DNA of 64,000 nucleotides from Octopus sinensis (GCF_006345805.1 NC_042997.1:187984001-188048000); one strand, 5' to 3'. Positions 1 to 13,177 are shown, counted from the stretch's first letter. Numbers and translations are program-made. Notes: generated by a model not told the origin, from the letters alone.

Positions 1-959
1 TTTCTGCAAATAGAACTGAAAGAGCAAAATGTATATATTTTCAAGATCTAAGAAAATCAGATAGTGTGCAACAGAAAAGACTGCACTAATATGATTATGT
101 GATGCATATGAATGAGAATAGCTGTATAAAGAAGTGCTAATCACTAAATGTGGAAGAGGAGACCCAAGGAAATGTGAGACAAAGTAGTGAAGACCAACCT
201 CAGGTTGTTGAGCCTCACAATTCTCTATGCTCAAGAAAACCTGTCTCAACAAAAAAGAAAGCCCTAAAAATATACCATTAATGTTTCTTCCCGCACTACA
301 CATCTTCCTAATACCCATCCCTCCATCATTCTTCTAACCATAGCACTATTTACTCAATTGTTGTAATTACATGAGAGCAGAACTACATATTTTGTACCAG
401 CACTTAATCCTGCTCCTTGTAACTACTTCCTTTTCCACCTATCCTTCATTCTCAATATCATCCCTTACCACTTTATTTTCTACTGACCAACTCTTTCCTC
501 TGAACAGCCCTACAAATCTCCCAATCCACAGCTTTGTCCCTTCTGTTTGCACTCACCATATCTACCCATACATACCTCTGGCCTCTGTCTCTGTTACTGT
601 GTATCTCTCTCTCTCGCTCTCCCTCACTCACACATTTCATATCATTCTCCACTCTCTCATGTATCTATAGCTTTAATATACTGTTGTTCTATATCACCCA
701 TATTTATGTGCTGTCACATACCTCCTCCTCCTCCTTGACATGTTCCTATTTGCCTTTAACTCCTGCCTACATCACAAAAATTGAGTTTCCTCACTCACTA
801 CACCTCCACCTGTGTCTACCCTTCACTGCATTCCCTTTTATCCCCATTATCATTCTCATTTCAGATTCTTGTAAAACTACTTATCCACCTGTTCTCAATC
901 ATTTATATCTTTTCTCCATGACATCCACCTTCTTGTACACTGATAGTACGCCTTGACAT

Positions 960-1280
960 CCCATTTTCACCATGCTTTCTCCTTTTTGCAGCTGGAGTAG
1001 CCATGTAGCAAGATACCTGATTCAATCCCTCTATCATACTTTCAACGCCCAACATGAAACCACCTCCTACAATGAACCCTGCTCAGTCAAGGGGGTTGTG
1101 TCTTGTGAGAACTTAGTGACTTCACTAGTACTAGTAGCACAAAAAAGCACCCATTACACTCTGTAAAGGAGTTGGTGTTAGGAAGTGCATCCAACTGTGG
1201 AAACCATGCCCTCTGGCTCACTGGTTTCTGCTGAAACATCAAGCCCATGCCTGCATGGAAAAAGGGGAATTAAATAAAGA
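960..1280 (+). mobile_element. Degenerate SINE/RTE-tail repeat with (GAT)n-type end
   Basis: Shares the CACTCT...GGTGTTAGGAAG..CATCCA.CTGT.GAAACC...GATGATGA motif series with copies at 3600-3780, 54720-54890 and 63700-63870. Confidence 0.6.
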
Positions 1281-1529
1281 TGATGACAATAGATATTTAC
1301 ATTTGTATGTGTGTGTGTGTGTGTGTGTACACACATATTTATCTATTTATATATTTACATTTATGTATATGCGCACACACACACACACACACACAGTGAT
1401 TGGTCTAAATTTGATGATTTTTTTATGCCTCCTTTTTTTAAGAACAGCTAAGTAGTTTTACAAGAATCTGAAATAAGAATGATAATGGGGATAAAAGTGA
1501 ATGCAGTGAAGGGTAGATACAGGTGGAGG

Positions 1530-2480
1530 TGTAGTCAATGGGGAAACTCAAGACATTTGGTAAACTACAGATGTTCCTCTACCCTAATGGATCATATTCT
1601 GATAAACAAGAAGTGAAAGAATAAGGCTCTGAATTGTGAGGTATACAATATTTTCAATGCCATTGGATCATGCCATTAACCAGCAAGACACACCTCTTGC
1701 TATGGTCAGATAAACTCAAGTAAACAAAGAAACTGCCATATGATTGGTTTCCAAAAGGCTTTTGATATGATCCATAGGGATAAGCTAACAGATATTCTGG
1801 TCACTTATGGAATCCCCAGGAAAATGGTCTCAACTATTGAAGTGTTCTACAAAGACACTTCTGTAAAGATATTATCTCCTGATGGTGATACTGAGTTCTT
1901 TGAAATTTTGGTAGGAGTACTTCAAGGTGACAACCTGGCCCTCTCTCTATTTATAAAAGTACTAGACTATGCAATGAGAAAGCAACAAAAGAAGATGAAT
2001 CCATTGGTTTTAGACTACAACAAGCATGCAGCAGGAGGCATCCTGCAGTGCTTCTCACAAATACAGATTATGCTGATGATATAGCATTAATATCTGAAAC
2101 AATAAAACAAGTTCAGCTTCTTTTAATTGCAAGTCCTGTGCTTTATAGATTGGTTTACACACAAAGACAAAACAAAGTACATGGCTTACAACCACGAAGA
2201 CAGCTACCTATTAACAATGAATGGATACAAGTTGCAAAAAGTAAACGATTTCTTGTATCTAAACTTGTGGGTTGATATAAGTGTAAAGAACATTAAAACT
2301 CACATTGCTAAAGCATGATCAGCTTTGTCAAAGATGGACACCATTTATTTGGAAATCAAATCTAAACCAAGAGCTTAAGATTAGCTTCTTTCATGAAACA
2401 ATAGAAACCATACTCTTATGCAACTGTATTACATGGGATCTACAACACTGAAAAGAAAACTAGATGTGGTACAGCTATGA
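1530..2480 (+). mobile_element. RTE-clade LINE reverse transcriptase fragment
   Basis: FQKAFDMIHRDKL...YGIP...GVLQGD.LA..LF and DYADDIALISE motifs in frameshifted ORFs 1740-2084 and 2048-2275. Confidence 0.85.
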
Positions 2481-2536
2481 GAGAGTACTTCTGAGTAATT
2501 TAGTACTCATTGTTGATGTTATTGTGGGTGACTTAC

Positions 2537-2792
2537 CTTGTATTTACAGTTGTGGCTAGGATAAGGGGCTTTTGATTCTCATGGCTTGCTCCTGATAATG
2601 TGGATGGAGCAATTTCATTTGTCACCTCATGAGTTGTAACTGGTGTCACTCTAGAATCTTGATTTATTGTTAGTGCTTTTGTCCTTTTAGACTTCCTGTG
2701 CGGAAAGCTTTTAAATGAGTTTTGCTTCCATATAAGTAACAACTGGGTTGTCTACTTAGGATGCAAAGGTTTAGGTCTTCTTCTCAGCACCC
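2537..2792 (-). CDS. Exon-like segment with one in-frame TAG (candidate exon or pseudo-exon)
   Basis: Acceptor TTTTCTTTTCTAG, donor CAAG|GTAAGT, 256 nt, phase 1>2. Reads VLRRRPKPLHPK*TTQLLLIWKQNSFKSFPHRKSKRTKALT...ATTVNT with the TAG at 2754-2752. Confidence 0.3.
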
Positions 2793-3149
2793 CTAGAAAA
2801 GAAAACCTGAAGCATTCTTGGCAAGGTAGAGGTAAGTTACTTTTCTCCTATTATAGGCTTCTGTAACTGATTGTGGAAGATTGGTAGACTGGAAGCAGTC
2901 TGATGAACAAATTTTCTTCATGCTTTCAATCTTTCAGCAAAATGTTTCACTGAGAGGGTTTTCCCACTATTCATGTTTATACCTGAAGTGGTATATGCAT
3001 GCATACTGTTGTTGTTATTGTCAAACATTCTTTATTATTCTGTATTTGTTGGAGTGTTATTTTTACTTCATTTTCTATAATTTGTTTATATTGAGAGCTT
3101 CTACTTTTGTTGGTAAAAAAAGGGTCTCTCCCTCAGAGTGAAAGGTGGA

Positions 3150-3780
3150 TTGTATGATACCCGTGTGCAAACAATCATGTTACACAGCAGAGAAACATGG
3201 GCTGTGACTGCAGAGGACATGTGAAGGCTTGAAAGAAATGAAGCTAGTACTCTTTGCTGGATGTGCAATATCAGTGTGCATGCATGACAGTGTAAGCATC
3301 TTGAGAGAAAAATTGGGCATAAGAGGCATCAAATGTGGTGTGCAAGATAGAGGACTGCACTGGTATGGTCATGTAATGCCTATGGACAAGGAGAGCTATG
3401 TAAAGAAGTGTTGATCTCTAACTGTGGAAGGAACCTGTGGAAGAAGTAGACCCAGGAAGACATGGGAGAAGGAGGTGAAGCATGATCTTTGGATGTTGGA
3501 TCTTATGGAGGCAATGACAAGTGATTAAGACCTTTGGTGATTTGCTGTGCTTGAGAAGACTTGTCAAGCCAAGTGAAATTGTATGTGTGGATAGTGTTGG
3601 TGACACATAAAAGGCATCCATTACACTCTTGGGGTGGTTGGAGTTAGGAAGGGCATCGAGCTGTAGAAACCAAGCCAAATCAGATTGGAGTCTGGTATAG
3701 CTCTCTGGCTTACCAGATCCAGTCAAATGTCTAACCCATGCCAGCATGGAAAACATGCTAAATTATGATGATGATATATT
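3150..3780 (+). mobile_element. 3' end of an RTE LINE plus SINE-like tail
   Basis: LREKLGIRGIKCGVQDRGLHWYGHV RTE C-terminal motif followed by the conserved tail ending in (GAT)n. Confidence 0.75.
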
Positions 3781-5927
3781 TTATTATTTGTTTTGCTGGT
3801 GTTTACTGTAATCCCTGTTTATGCACTACAGTCAGTTGAAACAGAAAAACAGAAGAACCACTTTTTGAGACTTGCAGACCACCATCAAAATGAAAACAGC
3901 AACCTTATCAATTTAATGGACATGTTGGACATAAAGTGGTCTTTGCTAGTGTATATAGAAGCTATGAAGCACCTAATAAGGAGAAATCAAAGCTCTTGCA
4001 ATTCTGTAATGCAAATGACCTCACTATCTGCAACACCAACTTCAAGAAACTGGCAAGCCATCTCATTACCTACTTATCAAGTGAACCCAGAAGCCACCTA
4101 GACTTCATACCAGAGAAAAGAACAGAGTTGATGCAAATGCTCAGTCTATTCCTGGAGAAGAATGTATCACCCAACATAACATAGTGGTTAGAGACTTCAG
4201 AATAAGAGCCAAACAGACACAGAAAGAAAAGACAATCTGGAGAAGGAGGAAATGGAAGTTAAAAGAGCAAAAACACAGCAGTAGATTTAAAACCATATTA
4301 ATAGATGCTTAAGAGATTTAACAAAATAATACAACAGAGGACAAATGGGAGTTTCTTTGAGCTATCCACATGAAGGTTACAGGCCAAACTTATGACTGAG
4401 GTGCCTAGGCAAAGTCCCAACCAAATAGATGACATAATGGTGTAATATCTCTGTAGAGAAAACCATAATGACAAAGAGACAAGCTCAGAAACACTGGTAT
4501 AAAGGAAACAGCAAAAAGCAATACTGAGTTACAAGAAGAGATACCTCAGGTATATGTAGCATGATGAGAAGCTGTAAGAAGTTTACCAATTTTCTAAGAT
4601 GTGAGGGTATGAGGTATTCTGGATTCCAAGGCAGTATGTGAGAGAAAATCAAGATGTCACTGGGGAGAAATATGTATTGAATGGTAATGTCACTGTTACT
4701 CTTATGGACAACGAAAAGAAAGAAGAAACCATTTTTACCTCAGTTTTAGACAGTAGAATAAAAGGAGAATATTTAAAAAGAAAAACCAACATTGTCGCTG
4801 AACCCCAGTAGATATAGACCTTCCAAAGATTACAATAAAAAGTCCCTGTGTGAAACAAAATAACAAATGAAAATGATTTCAGTTATACTTGTAAAGATAC
4901 TGAGCTAAGCTGAATTAAATAAGAATAATGATTGTACATCACCAATTCCTTGAGGAATGGGAAACAATAGTTAATAGTAAATTAACTAAAAATACAGTTA
5001 TGAGGAATGGGAGGGCTATTATGAGAGGTTGTTGAATGAGGAAAATGTATGGGGGAAAGGTATGTTTGAAATAGACTTAACAAAGAGATAAGTCATCCAA
5101 ACTGACAGCAGTATCTTACACAGAACTGGACAGAGCAATTAAAGATATAAAGGCAAGGAAGGCACCCGGCCTTTACATCTTAAATGATAAATATCAACAC
5201 TAAGATGCTTAAAATATCAGGTGGAGTGGGATATAAGCTGGTCACCAGTAGAGTAAATCAGGTAGTACAAGAAGGTATCACCCAATAACTGACAGCAGCA
5301 TCATTGTCAATTGCTACAAAGACAAACCAAGCATATTAGAGAGAAGAAACTCCATAGTATTAAACTGTAGGACCAAATTATGGTAAGAGCTATAGCACAA
5401 ATAATTACAAAGTGAATTAACAGATGTGAAACAGTTTTGTTTTGTTTCAGAAAGCACTATTGTTGCCATTTTTCTAGTTAGACAGCTGCAGAGAAAATAT
5501 CTAGCCAGAAGTAAGCCTCTATATCTGACATTTGTTGATTTAGAGAAGGTTTTGACAAAGTCCACCACTTGATCATCTGATAGTCAATGAGGAACATTGG
5601 AGTAGATGAATGGCAAGTGAGAGCTGTACAACCCATGTACAGAGGTGCAGTCAGCAAGGTGAGAGTTAGTAATGAGTATAGCAATAAATTCAGTGTGAAA
5701 GTAGGGGGTGTACTACACCTCAGTCCTCAGCCCCTTTCCCTTTATTATGGTTTTTTTAAACCACACTGAAAGAGTTTAAGAAGAGTTGCTCATGGGTCAT
5801 TTGTTGCTTCTCATCATTGAATCTGTAGTAGAATTAGGAAAGAAATTCCAAACATGGAAATAAAAACTAAAATCAAGAGGCTTCAAAGTGAATTTAACAA
5901 AGATTAAGGTATTAGTATATATATATA

Positions 5928-7688
5928 TTGGGTTGGCAACTAAGCTCCCGCCGTTTTTTTAAATATAAATTTTTTAAAAGGTTTAATAAAAAATAACAAC
6001 TGATTAATCAATAATGTATTCACCCTTGTTGTTTACAACTTCTTCCCAACGTTCAACAAGATTTTCAATACCTTGTTGGTAGAAATCACCCAATTTCCAC
6101 TTGAAAAATTCATCCAACCAAGCTCTCAATTCTACATCAATATTGAATGAAACTCCACGCACAACATTTGAAAGAGATCAAAAGAGGTGGAAATCCATTG
6201 GTGCCAAATCAAGAGAGTACATCAGGTGTGGCAGCACTTCCCAGCCATATGTTTGAATGGCTTCCTTGGTCATAATGGTGATATGAGGGCGGGCATTGCC
6301 ATGCAGCAGCAGAACTCCATGCTGCCGATTAGGTCTTTTCTCTTGAATAGCCACGTTAAGTCATTCCATCTGTTGAACATAGAGTTCTGCATTGACCATT
6401 TGGTTCCATTCAAGCAATTCGTAATGGATAATCCCTTCCCAGTCCCGCTATATGTACAATATCCTTTTACGTGGATGAAGATCTTGTTTCATGCGTGGTG
6501 TTGCTTGTGTAGGGTTTAGATGACCGCACGTAAGGAGTTGGCGACAATGGTGGAGACGATGTGAAGATGAAGTACGATGATGGTGATGACGGCGGCAGAG
6601 ATTGAGAATGTCCTACGTTGCGGGTGTACATTAACGTTGTAGTGGCTGAAGCTGGAGCATGGCTGGTAGGCTGGTCATCGGTCGCTGGAACTGGAACATG
6701 GCTGAGTAGCTCTGTGGTCAGTGACTAGATCTTAAAAGGTCTAAAGCCGAAAGACCAAGAATAGTGAAAGCAAGCGCCTTATAAATAGTTAAGGTGGCTC
6801 AAATGAAGCAGGCCTTATCCGAAGGCCATGATTGGTTAGCTGTACACTCTGGCGCAAAATAAGTCGAGAGACAGACCATGCCAGCTGCCAACCAATCAGA
6901 TCAGTGGATACAACAGGATCAAACCAGCCAAAGATGGTTGTAATCTCAAACAAGCTCATTCTTACTGTGTCTCTCAAACAGTGAGGATATCAGATATGCT
7001 ACACTTGTTTACTGGGGCTAAGCCATTCCTTACGCTGCTTCATATTGATGTACAGGCACCATTTTTCATCGCCAGTAACAATTTGGTAAAGAAATCGTTG
7101 CTTGTGTCCATGAGTTGAGCAGTGATAAGCAAGCAAACCACTAGAGATTGTGACTCGTTAATTTTTGTTGTTGTCACTTAAAGCATGCAGAACCCATGCT
7201 CCATACTTCTGAATCTTTCCCATTGAGTGAAGATGCTTCTCTATAGCATCCAGTTCCCTTGTTTGGCGAGAATTTTCATGCAAAAGTTGATTTAATCACT
7301 CTTCATTGAACTCAACTGGACGGCCAGAACGTGGTGCGTCATTGGGGTCAAAATTTCAATTTTTGAATTTGGCATACCAATCACAAGCAGTTGTTTCAGC
7401 TATGGCACTCTCTCCATACACAGCACAAATGTTGCGAGCAGCTTTTGCAGCCCTAGAACCTTGATTAAAAGCAAAAAGAAGGTGTTGAAAATGCTTATTT
7501 TTCTTAACTTGACAGTCCACTTTAATGATCTGAAAATAAACAAAAAATAATTAAATTAACTAGAAAAAAAAAATAAGATTTCAAAATGATTCAAAATTAG
7601 AATTCTCAAAAACAATAGATTCCAAAATTTAAAAACGCAATAAATTCCAAAATTTAAAACAACAGTGGGAACTTAGTTGCCAACGCAA
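5928..7688 (-). mobile_element. Mariner DNA transposon, defective, containing a solo LTR
   Basis: TIRs TTG(G/C)GTTGGCAACTAAG with TA target duplication. Transposase remnants include IVTGDEKWCLY, WLSPSKQ-ATPRMKQDLHPRK and GWEVLPHLMYSLDLAPMDFHLF. Confidence 0.92.
6508..7003. mobile_element. Solo LTR (496 bp), probably Gypsy-type
   Basis: Termini TGTAG...CTACA, 4-bp TSD CTTG at 6504-6507 and 7004-7007, internal TATA- and CCAAT-like motifs. Removing it restores the mariner frame SKQ-ATPRMK. Confidence 0.88.
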
Positions 7689-8522
7689 TAGAAGAGAAAG
7701 CAGGATCTTGCTATTACTAAGGAAATGACCATGCTTGATATGTAGAACAGGAGTAGGTAGCAATTCCATAGTGTACTTGTGTACACTATGACCATGCAAG
7801 AGGTATAGTGGGATCACAAGCAGGCAGAGAAAGGAGATAAACTTTTCATATGGCAAGTAAAGGGGAGAAAGTACTAAGAACACAGGTGAAACAGACTTTC
7901 CACAAATAGCTCTCTAGAAGTATATGATAACTTTTGTTGCCTTGGGGGCCTAATTAGCAGTTAGAGCAAGTACACTGAAAGCATACTAGCCATAATAAGA
8001 AATGGTTGGAAAAAGTTCTGAGCACCGTTACCTCTGCTGGCAACAAATCACTTTCCCACAGAGTAGAGTTTAAATTGTATAAGGCACAATGTTGCATGGT
8101 AGGGAGACATAGGCCTTGAACTCAGATTTGTGAAGACTAGAAAATATGAAGTGAGCATGTTCTGCTAGATGTTTTAATATAAATGCACATGAATGATGGA
8201 GCATAAATAAGCTGAGAGAAAAACTGAACACAAGAAGATTGAGATATTGTGTGCAAGAGAAAAGACTGTGTTGGTATGAGCATATGATATGTATAGAGGA
8301 GCACAGCTGAATAAAAATGGACCAAGCACTCAAAATAATTGGAAAGTGTGGAAGAGAAAACCCCAGAAAGACTTGAATAAAGTAATGAAGATAAATCTGA
8401 AGTAGTTGTATCTCACAGAGGAGATGACAAAGGTTGATAACAATTGAGGACACATTGTGCAGAAGATCCACTCACCAGTCAAAGCATAACAAAGACATTG
8501 AAACTGTGTGTGTATCTATCAA

Positions 8523-8638
<116 letters not shown>

Positions 8639-8643
8639 TATAT

Positions 8644-9530
8644 AAATACATGGAGAAGAAATAGCTGTGATGAACAGGTTTTAAAGCCAGGAGTGATGCA
8701 TGTGGTGTAAAAAATTGGTAGTGCCGATAGAATTTAACTATACAACCAATTTTTTACACCACATGCATCACTTTTAGCTTTAAAACCTGTTCATCATAGC
8801 TATTTCTTCTTCATGTATTTTGCTAACTTCTCATCACATTTATCTCTTGTGGATCTTACCAGTTTCTTATTCTTTGGACACTCTATTAAACTCTCTGGAC
8901 CTTTTACCAGTGTTGTGTAATTTTTTATCAATTTCTTTGCCTTTTCTCTTCACAGAATTTATGCATTTTCTCTTTTTCAAATTTTAGTTTAAACTTACCC
9001 TTTTGTTAAAAAGATTTCACATTCTCATATAATTTTGTTATAAACTTGTGCACATACCAACTACAGACCCTACCACCACCTCCACCACAATACCCTTGCC
9101 AGCCCCTAGGCCTTACCAATATCTTTTTTCCCTTCACAGTCACACCTACTCTCACCTCACATGCATGCTTTCAATTAATGATTATACAAACACCTACTAA
9201 CCTATGATACAACACTTCCACAACTCTACATACATATATACACCACATTAAACACAAACACACACACGCACACCACTGACTCTCTGCACCTTATGACTAC
9301 TTCCAGACAGAGATACATTCTTATACTTGTCTCTACACATCAGTACATTCCTCCCTTAACTCCCCAACTACAGAATCATATTCCCACCTAGTTTCTAACC
9401 TTTCACCTGTTTTTCTTTTTCTTTCTCACTGATTATTTCTCTGTCGTTTCTTTGCTTCTCTCTTCTGATGAAAATGTTAAGATGCTTTCTCTTTCTATTA
9501 AAGCACTTATTTGTTAACCCTTGTTCCTTC
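8644..9530 (+). mobile_element. Penelope-like element remnant with 5' inverted fold-back and decayed hammerhead motif
   Basis: 76-bp inverted repeat (8644-8719 / 8745-8820). TCTT-CTGATGA...AAGA at 9461-9482 resembles the terminal-repeat motif at 13067-13104. Confidence 0.55.
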
Positions 9531-9565
9531 TGTGTTGTCTTTTTTTTCACACACACACACACACC

Positions 9566-10760
9566 TACTGAGGCTGGAAAAATAATGGAAACACTTTGTT
9601 AAATGGGAGTTTTATTATTTAGAATGAAGTTGGTCCACCTTTGGCAACGATCACAGCTTTAATATATTAAGGAACTGACTTGTATAGATTCTGAATGGTT
9701 GTTAGGGGAAATTTAAGTCATTCTTTAAGTAAAACCTGCTTAAGCTCTTTCAACAATGATGAGAGGGAAACAGCTCTTCATTCATTGCTCCAAAAGCCAC
9801 AAAAAAATATTAAATTACATTGAAATCAAGTGATTGTTGAGGCCAATTTAAGTGGTCTGCTTCACTTTTGTGCTCTTACTGATTTTGAATAACATTAGTC
9901 ATGTAAATTAGTGCATTATCATTCTGGAAGATTGTGCTACTATAAGCAGGACATGATGAGCCAGAAAACTCAGATAATCCTTGGTGTTAACTCTGCTATA
10001 GAGAACAACTAAAGAGCCAAGAGAATTCTTTGATATGGTTGCCTGAGTCAATGGCATTTTTGGGAGTTGTATCCAGGTATAAACATGCCTTGAAGTGGAG
10101 AAAAAGTGAATGATGATTCATCAGAGATAACATTGTTCCATTGAGTCATTAACCACTTCTGATAGTCTACCCACCATTTTTTCTTCTTATCAAAGTTGAT
10201 GGGGGACAGGAGAAGTTTAGCAATTGCAGCTCTTCCATGACGTCCAGTTTTGTGGAACTCACAATGTATGCATGAGTTGACAAAGGGTTAGCTCTACTGT
10301 CACTTTTGCTGCTATAGTTCAATGGTTTTTAGACAATACATTTCACTATTCTGTTGTCCCTGTCTGCAGGTGTCATCCATATACACCAGTTATCTAAATG
10401 ATTGTAACTGGAATTTATATTGGATTTATTGATTCAAAGAAGTGATTGGTTATTATATCAATGCTTTCATTAGTGGAACCTACAAAATCTTTGAACTTAG
10501 AAGCAAAGCCCTTGAGTATTTTCAACTTTTTCCTCAAAAACTTTTGTCAGGATGAACAATGGGACCACAAGGTATGTGCATCAGCAGGACAACACCACTT
10601 CTATAGCATCAGTGGAAGAAATGAAGACATATCCTGGAATCCTTTTTTGTAATGATGGCTGTACAGCTTCTAAATTAAGAAACCACTGGAACCTAAATTC
10701 AGCAGAGACAAGAAAATCGATGCCTAGGAATAGATAATTTGTAAATATATATGAAAACAC
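9566..10760 (-). mobile_element. Tc1-like transposon remnant
   Basis: Left terminus TA-CTGAGGCTGGAAAAATAATGGAAACAC. Minus-strand remnants WNNVISDESSFT and LYKSVP..IKAVIVAKGGPT. Right TIR not found. Confidence 0.7.
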
Positions 10761-11019
10761 CCACATATAAATCAATTTACCAATATCTAACCTATCTGAG
10801 TGGTGATAGTGACATTGACAACAGGTAAAAATGACATTCACAATAACACCAACAATCATAACATCTCATTGCCAATTTTTATCAAACTTCATGCAGCAGT
10901 TATATTTTTAAGACATTTAACACTGGTCTCATTGCATTTTATTAAAAAGTTTCTAGTTTCTAACAGAATTAGGAGATTTATATAGAGAAAGCACTTCAGG
11001 AAACTAAGAGTTTATCCTT

Positions 11020-11630
11020 CTCTACATGAATGTCCCCTGGTATTTAGAAATAATGTTTTCCATCTGCAAAAAGAGCAATCTCTGAAATACCTGCTTATAA
11101 CAGATCTATTACTCTCACTTCCAACATCTCAAAAAGTGATTGAAATAGTTGTTAATCACCTCCTTAAACACCTTGAAATTCTTTACTTTCCCAGTGAAGA
11201 CCAGTATGGCAGCCAAGGACCAATCTACTGAAGGTATACTCTCATATGTCACTCACCAGTAGTCAACCATCCTTGAGAACTTTAACAAAAGTTCATGTTA
11301 TTCAATAGCTGATCTGCAAACTCCCAAGCTAAGTTACTCACCTCTGATATACATCCATCTTTTATGACTTGGATCAGAGACCTTCTGTCAAACTGCACTG
11401 CAGATTCACTCTATCAAATCTTGTGTACTCCAAGATTCATCAATATTTTTCTCATTCGTCCTTCCACGCATAATTAATTGCTGTCATTTATAATCTTGTA
11501 CCACCAACTTTGAGAGCTTAAGTGGATTTTCCATGGATTTGTCAATGAATTCAAAATATTTTAAAGATGGCATTTCTTCCTGTTCAGCACATAACAATAG
11601 TCTCCTAATTTTATGAAAGACACCTTATAG
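11020..11630 (+). mobile_element. CR1/L2-type LINE RT remnant
   Basis: Degenerate matches to the DHQYGFR..RST.DLL.YVTH motif at about 11200-11260; many stops. Confidence 0.55.
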
Positions 11631-12252
11631 AAAAAGCTTGTTGTTACTGGTCATATGGTTAAACATTTTCATTTTCACTGTCTCTTGCTGCTGGTAATCG
11701 TAAATCTGTTTTGATCATGGATAAGATACTTCTGTACTTCTTTATCATTTTTTAAACTTAGACGAGACATGTACAACTTCGCTGTGTCTAGTTAAAAATC
11801 AAATGAAAATAAAAGAAAAAAGTCACTATATATTTCTATTGTTATCTAAAAAATTGTGAAAACAGCAATCAACTGAAATGTTTGGCAATAATAAGTTTAT
11901 TCATTCTGAGTGTTTTCAGTTGCCTGCCTGGTTATCTTTAATTGGTGAAAGGAAGCAGATATGAGCTCATCTCTTTCAACAAACTACTGTTAATATTACA
12001 TCATGTATGCAGACATGTCTATTATATCACATACATGTCTGTATATAGAATGATTATTGACTGATTGGAGAGATGGATGGGTTGATCAATGAATGAATGC
12101 ATACATAAAAAGTTATAGATGGATAAAGATACATAGATAGATTGATAGATAAAAAGTTAGATGACTGAACAGAGAGATAAATGAATAGGAGAGATTGATT
12201 GAGGAATAGACTGATGACTAGACAACTAGATTGATGAACTGACAGACAGATA

Positions 12253-12568
12253 CAGTGGAACCTTGGTATATGAATTTAATTCATTTCTGAAGGCCATTCA
12301 TCACTAAAATGTTCAGAACCCAAAACTGTTTTCCCATGAGAAATTCAAGAGAAGGTAAGACAAATTCAAGCAAGGATGCGCACTGAGTGAAAGCTAGACA
12401 ACTGGTGCTCTCCTGCTGATGCTCTCAGCTTGTCACTAACTATTGTTGTTGGTTTGGATGCTTGTTACTCAAGATACCATTTGTCACCCAGGACATTTTA
12501 TGTTCAAAAAATTGTCTGTAGAACAATTTGTTTGTGATGAGAAGGGTTTGTAAACCAAGGTCCCACTG
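12253..12568. mobile_element. Tigger/pogo-like MITE (316 bp)
   Basis: TIRs CAGTGG(A/G)ACCTTGGT with flanking TA duplication. Confidence 0.85.
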
Positions 12569-12967
12569 TAGTTTTGGATGAGTATAGTTTCAGATAGATA
12601 ATAATCTAAATAAGCAGATGAATATACGTATTAATCAACAGATATAATTACTTTGATAGAAAGATAGTTATTTACATAGACATATAAACAGACAGACAGA
12701 TAGATAGAGAAGCCAAGTAAGTAGATACTTGCATATACATAGATGAAAAATGAATATATAGATATTTACCCATATAAACAGAGATACACAGATTGACAGA
12801 GAAAAATGAATAAAGAGATGATAGATAGATGGATAGATTGACAGATAGCCACATACATACACACACACACACACAGAAGATAATCAAGGGACCAATGGAT
12901 AGATAGATGGTTAGTGACCTAATTGGATAAATATATAGACAGAGAAAGATAGTGACCTTGACATATA

Positions 12968-13155
12968 TATATATAAAAGGAAAGTTTACGAAAATAAACA
13001 AAAGACGAAGGCGGTTGGAGTACAAACAAACAAATGTATTAGTATAGCGCTCAGGAATAGAAAAAGTCTTTTACGTTTCGAGCCTACGCTCTTCGACAGA
13101 AAGATACACAGAAAAAAACAAGGAGAGAAAAAAATGCGTGTAGGAGCTAACGATC
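12968..13155 (-). mobile_element. Penelope-like terminal repeat fragment
   Basis: Carries the hammerhead-like core typical of PLE termini and ends in (TA)n. Confidence 0.65.
13067..13104 (-). ncRNA. Minimal type I hammerhead-ribozyme-like motif (A6U core variant)
   Basis: UCUUU-CUGUCGA-A-GAGC-GUAG-GCUC-GAAA-CG-UA-AAAGA: stem I UCUUU/AAAGA, stem II GAGC/GCUC, GAAA, palindromic CG stem III, GUA cleavage triplet. Confidence 0.6.
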
Positions 13156-13177
13156 TATATATATATATATATATATA

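Larger units (their letters stand above)
3860..8490 (+). mobile_element. Decayed RTE LINE (endonuclease and RT) split by a mariner insertion; pieces about 3860-5925 and 7690-8490
   Basis: NDLTICNTNFKKLASHLITY endonuclease motif, TFVDLEKVFD and GVDEWQVRAVQPMYRGAVSKVRV RT motifs. The Cys-rich RTE C-terminal region resumes right after the mariner TIR. Confidence 0.8.

Noticed and set aside
300-960. Overlapping plus-strand ORFs of 63-140 aa
   Set aside because: Pyrimidine-rich low-complexity sequence, probably a decayed repeat; no recognisable motif.
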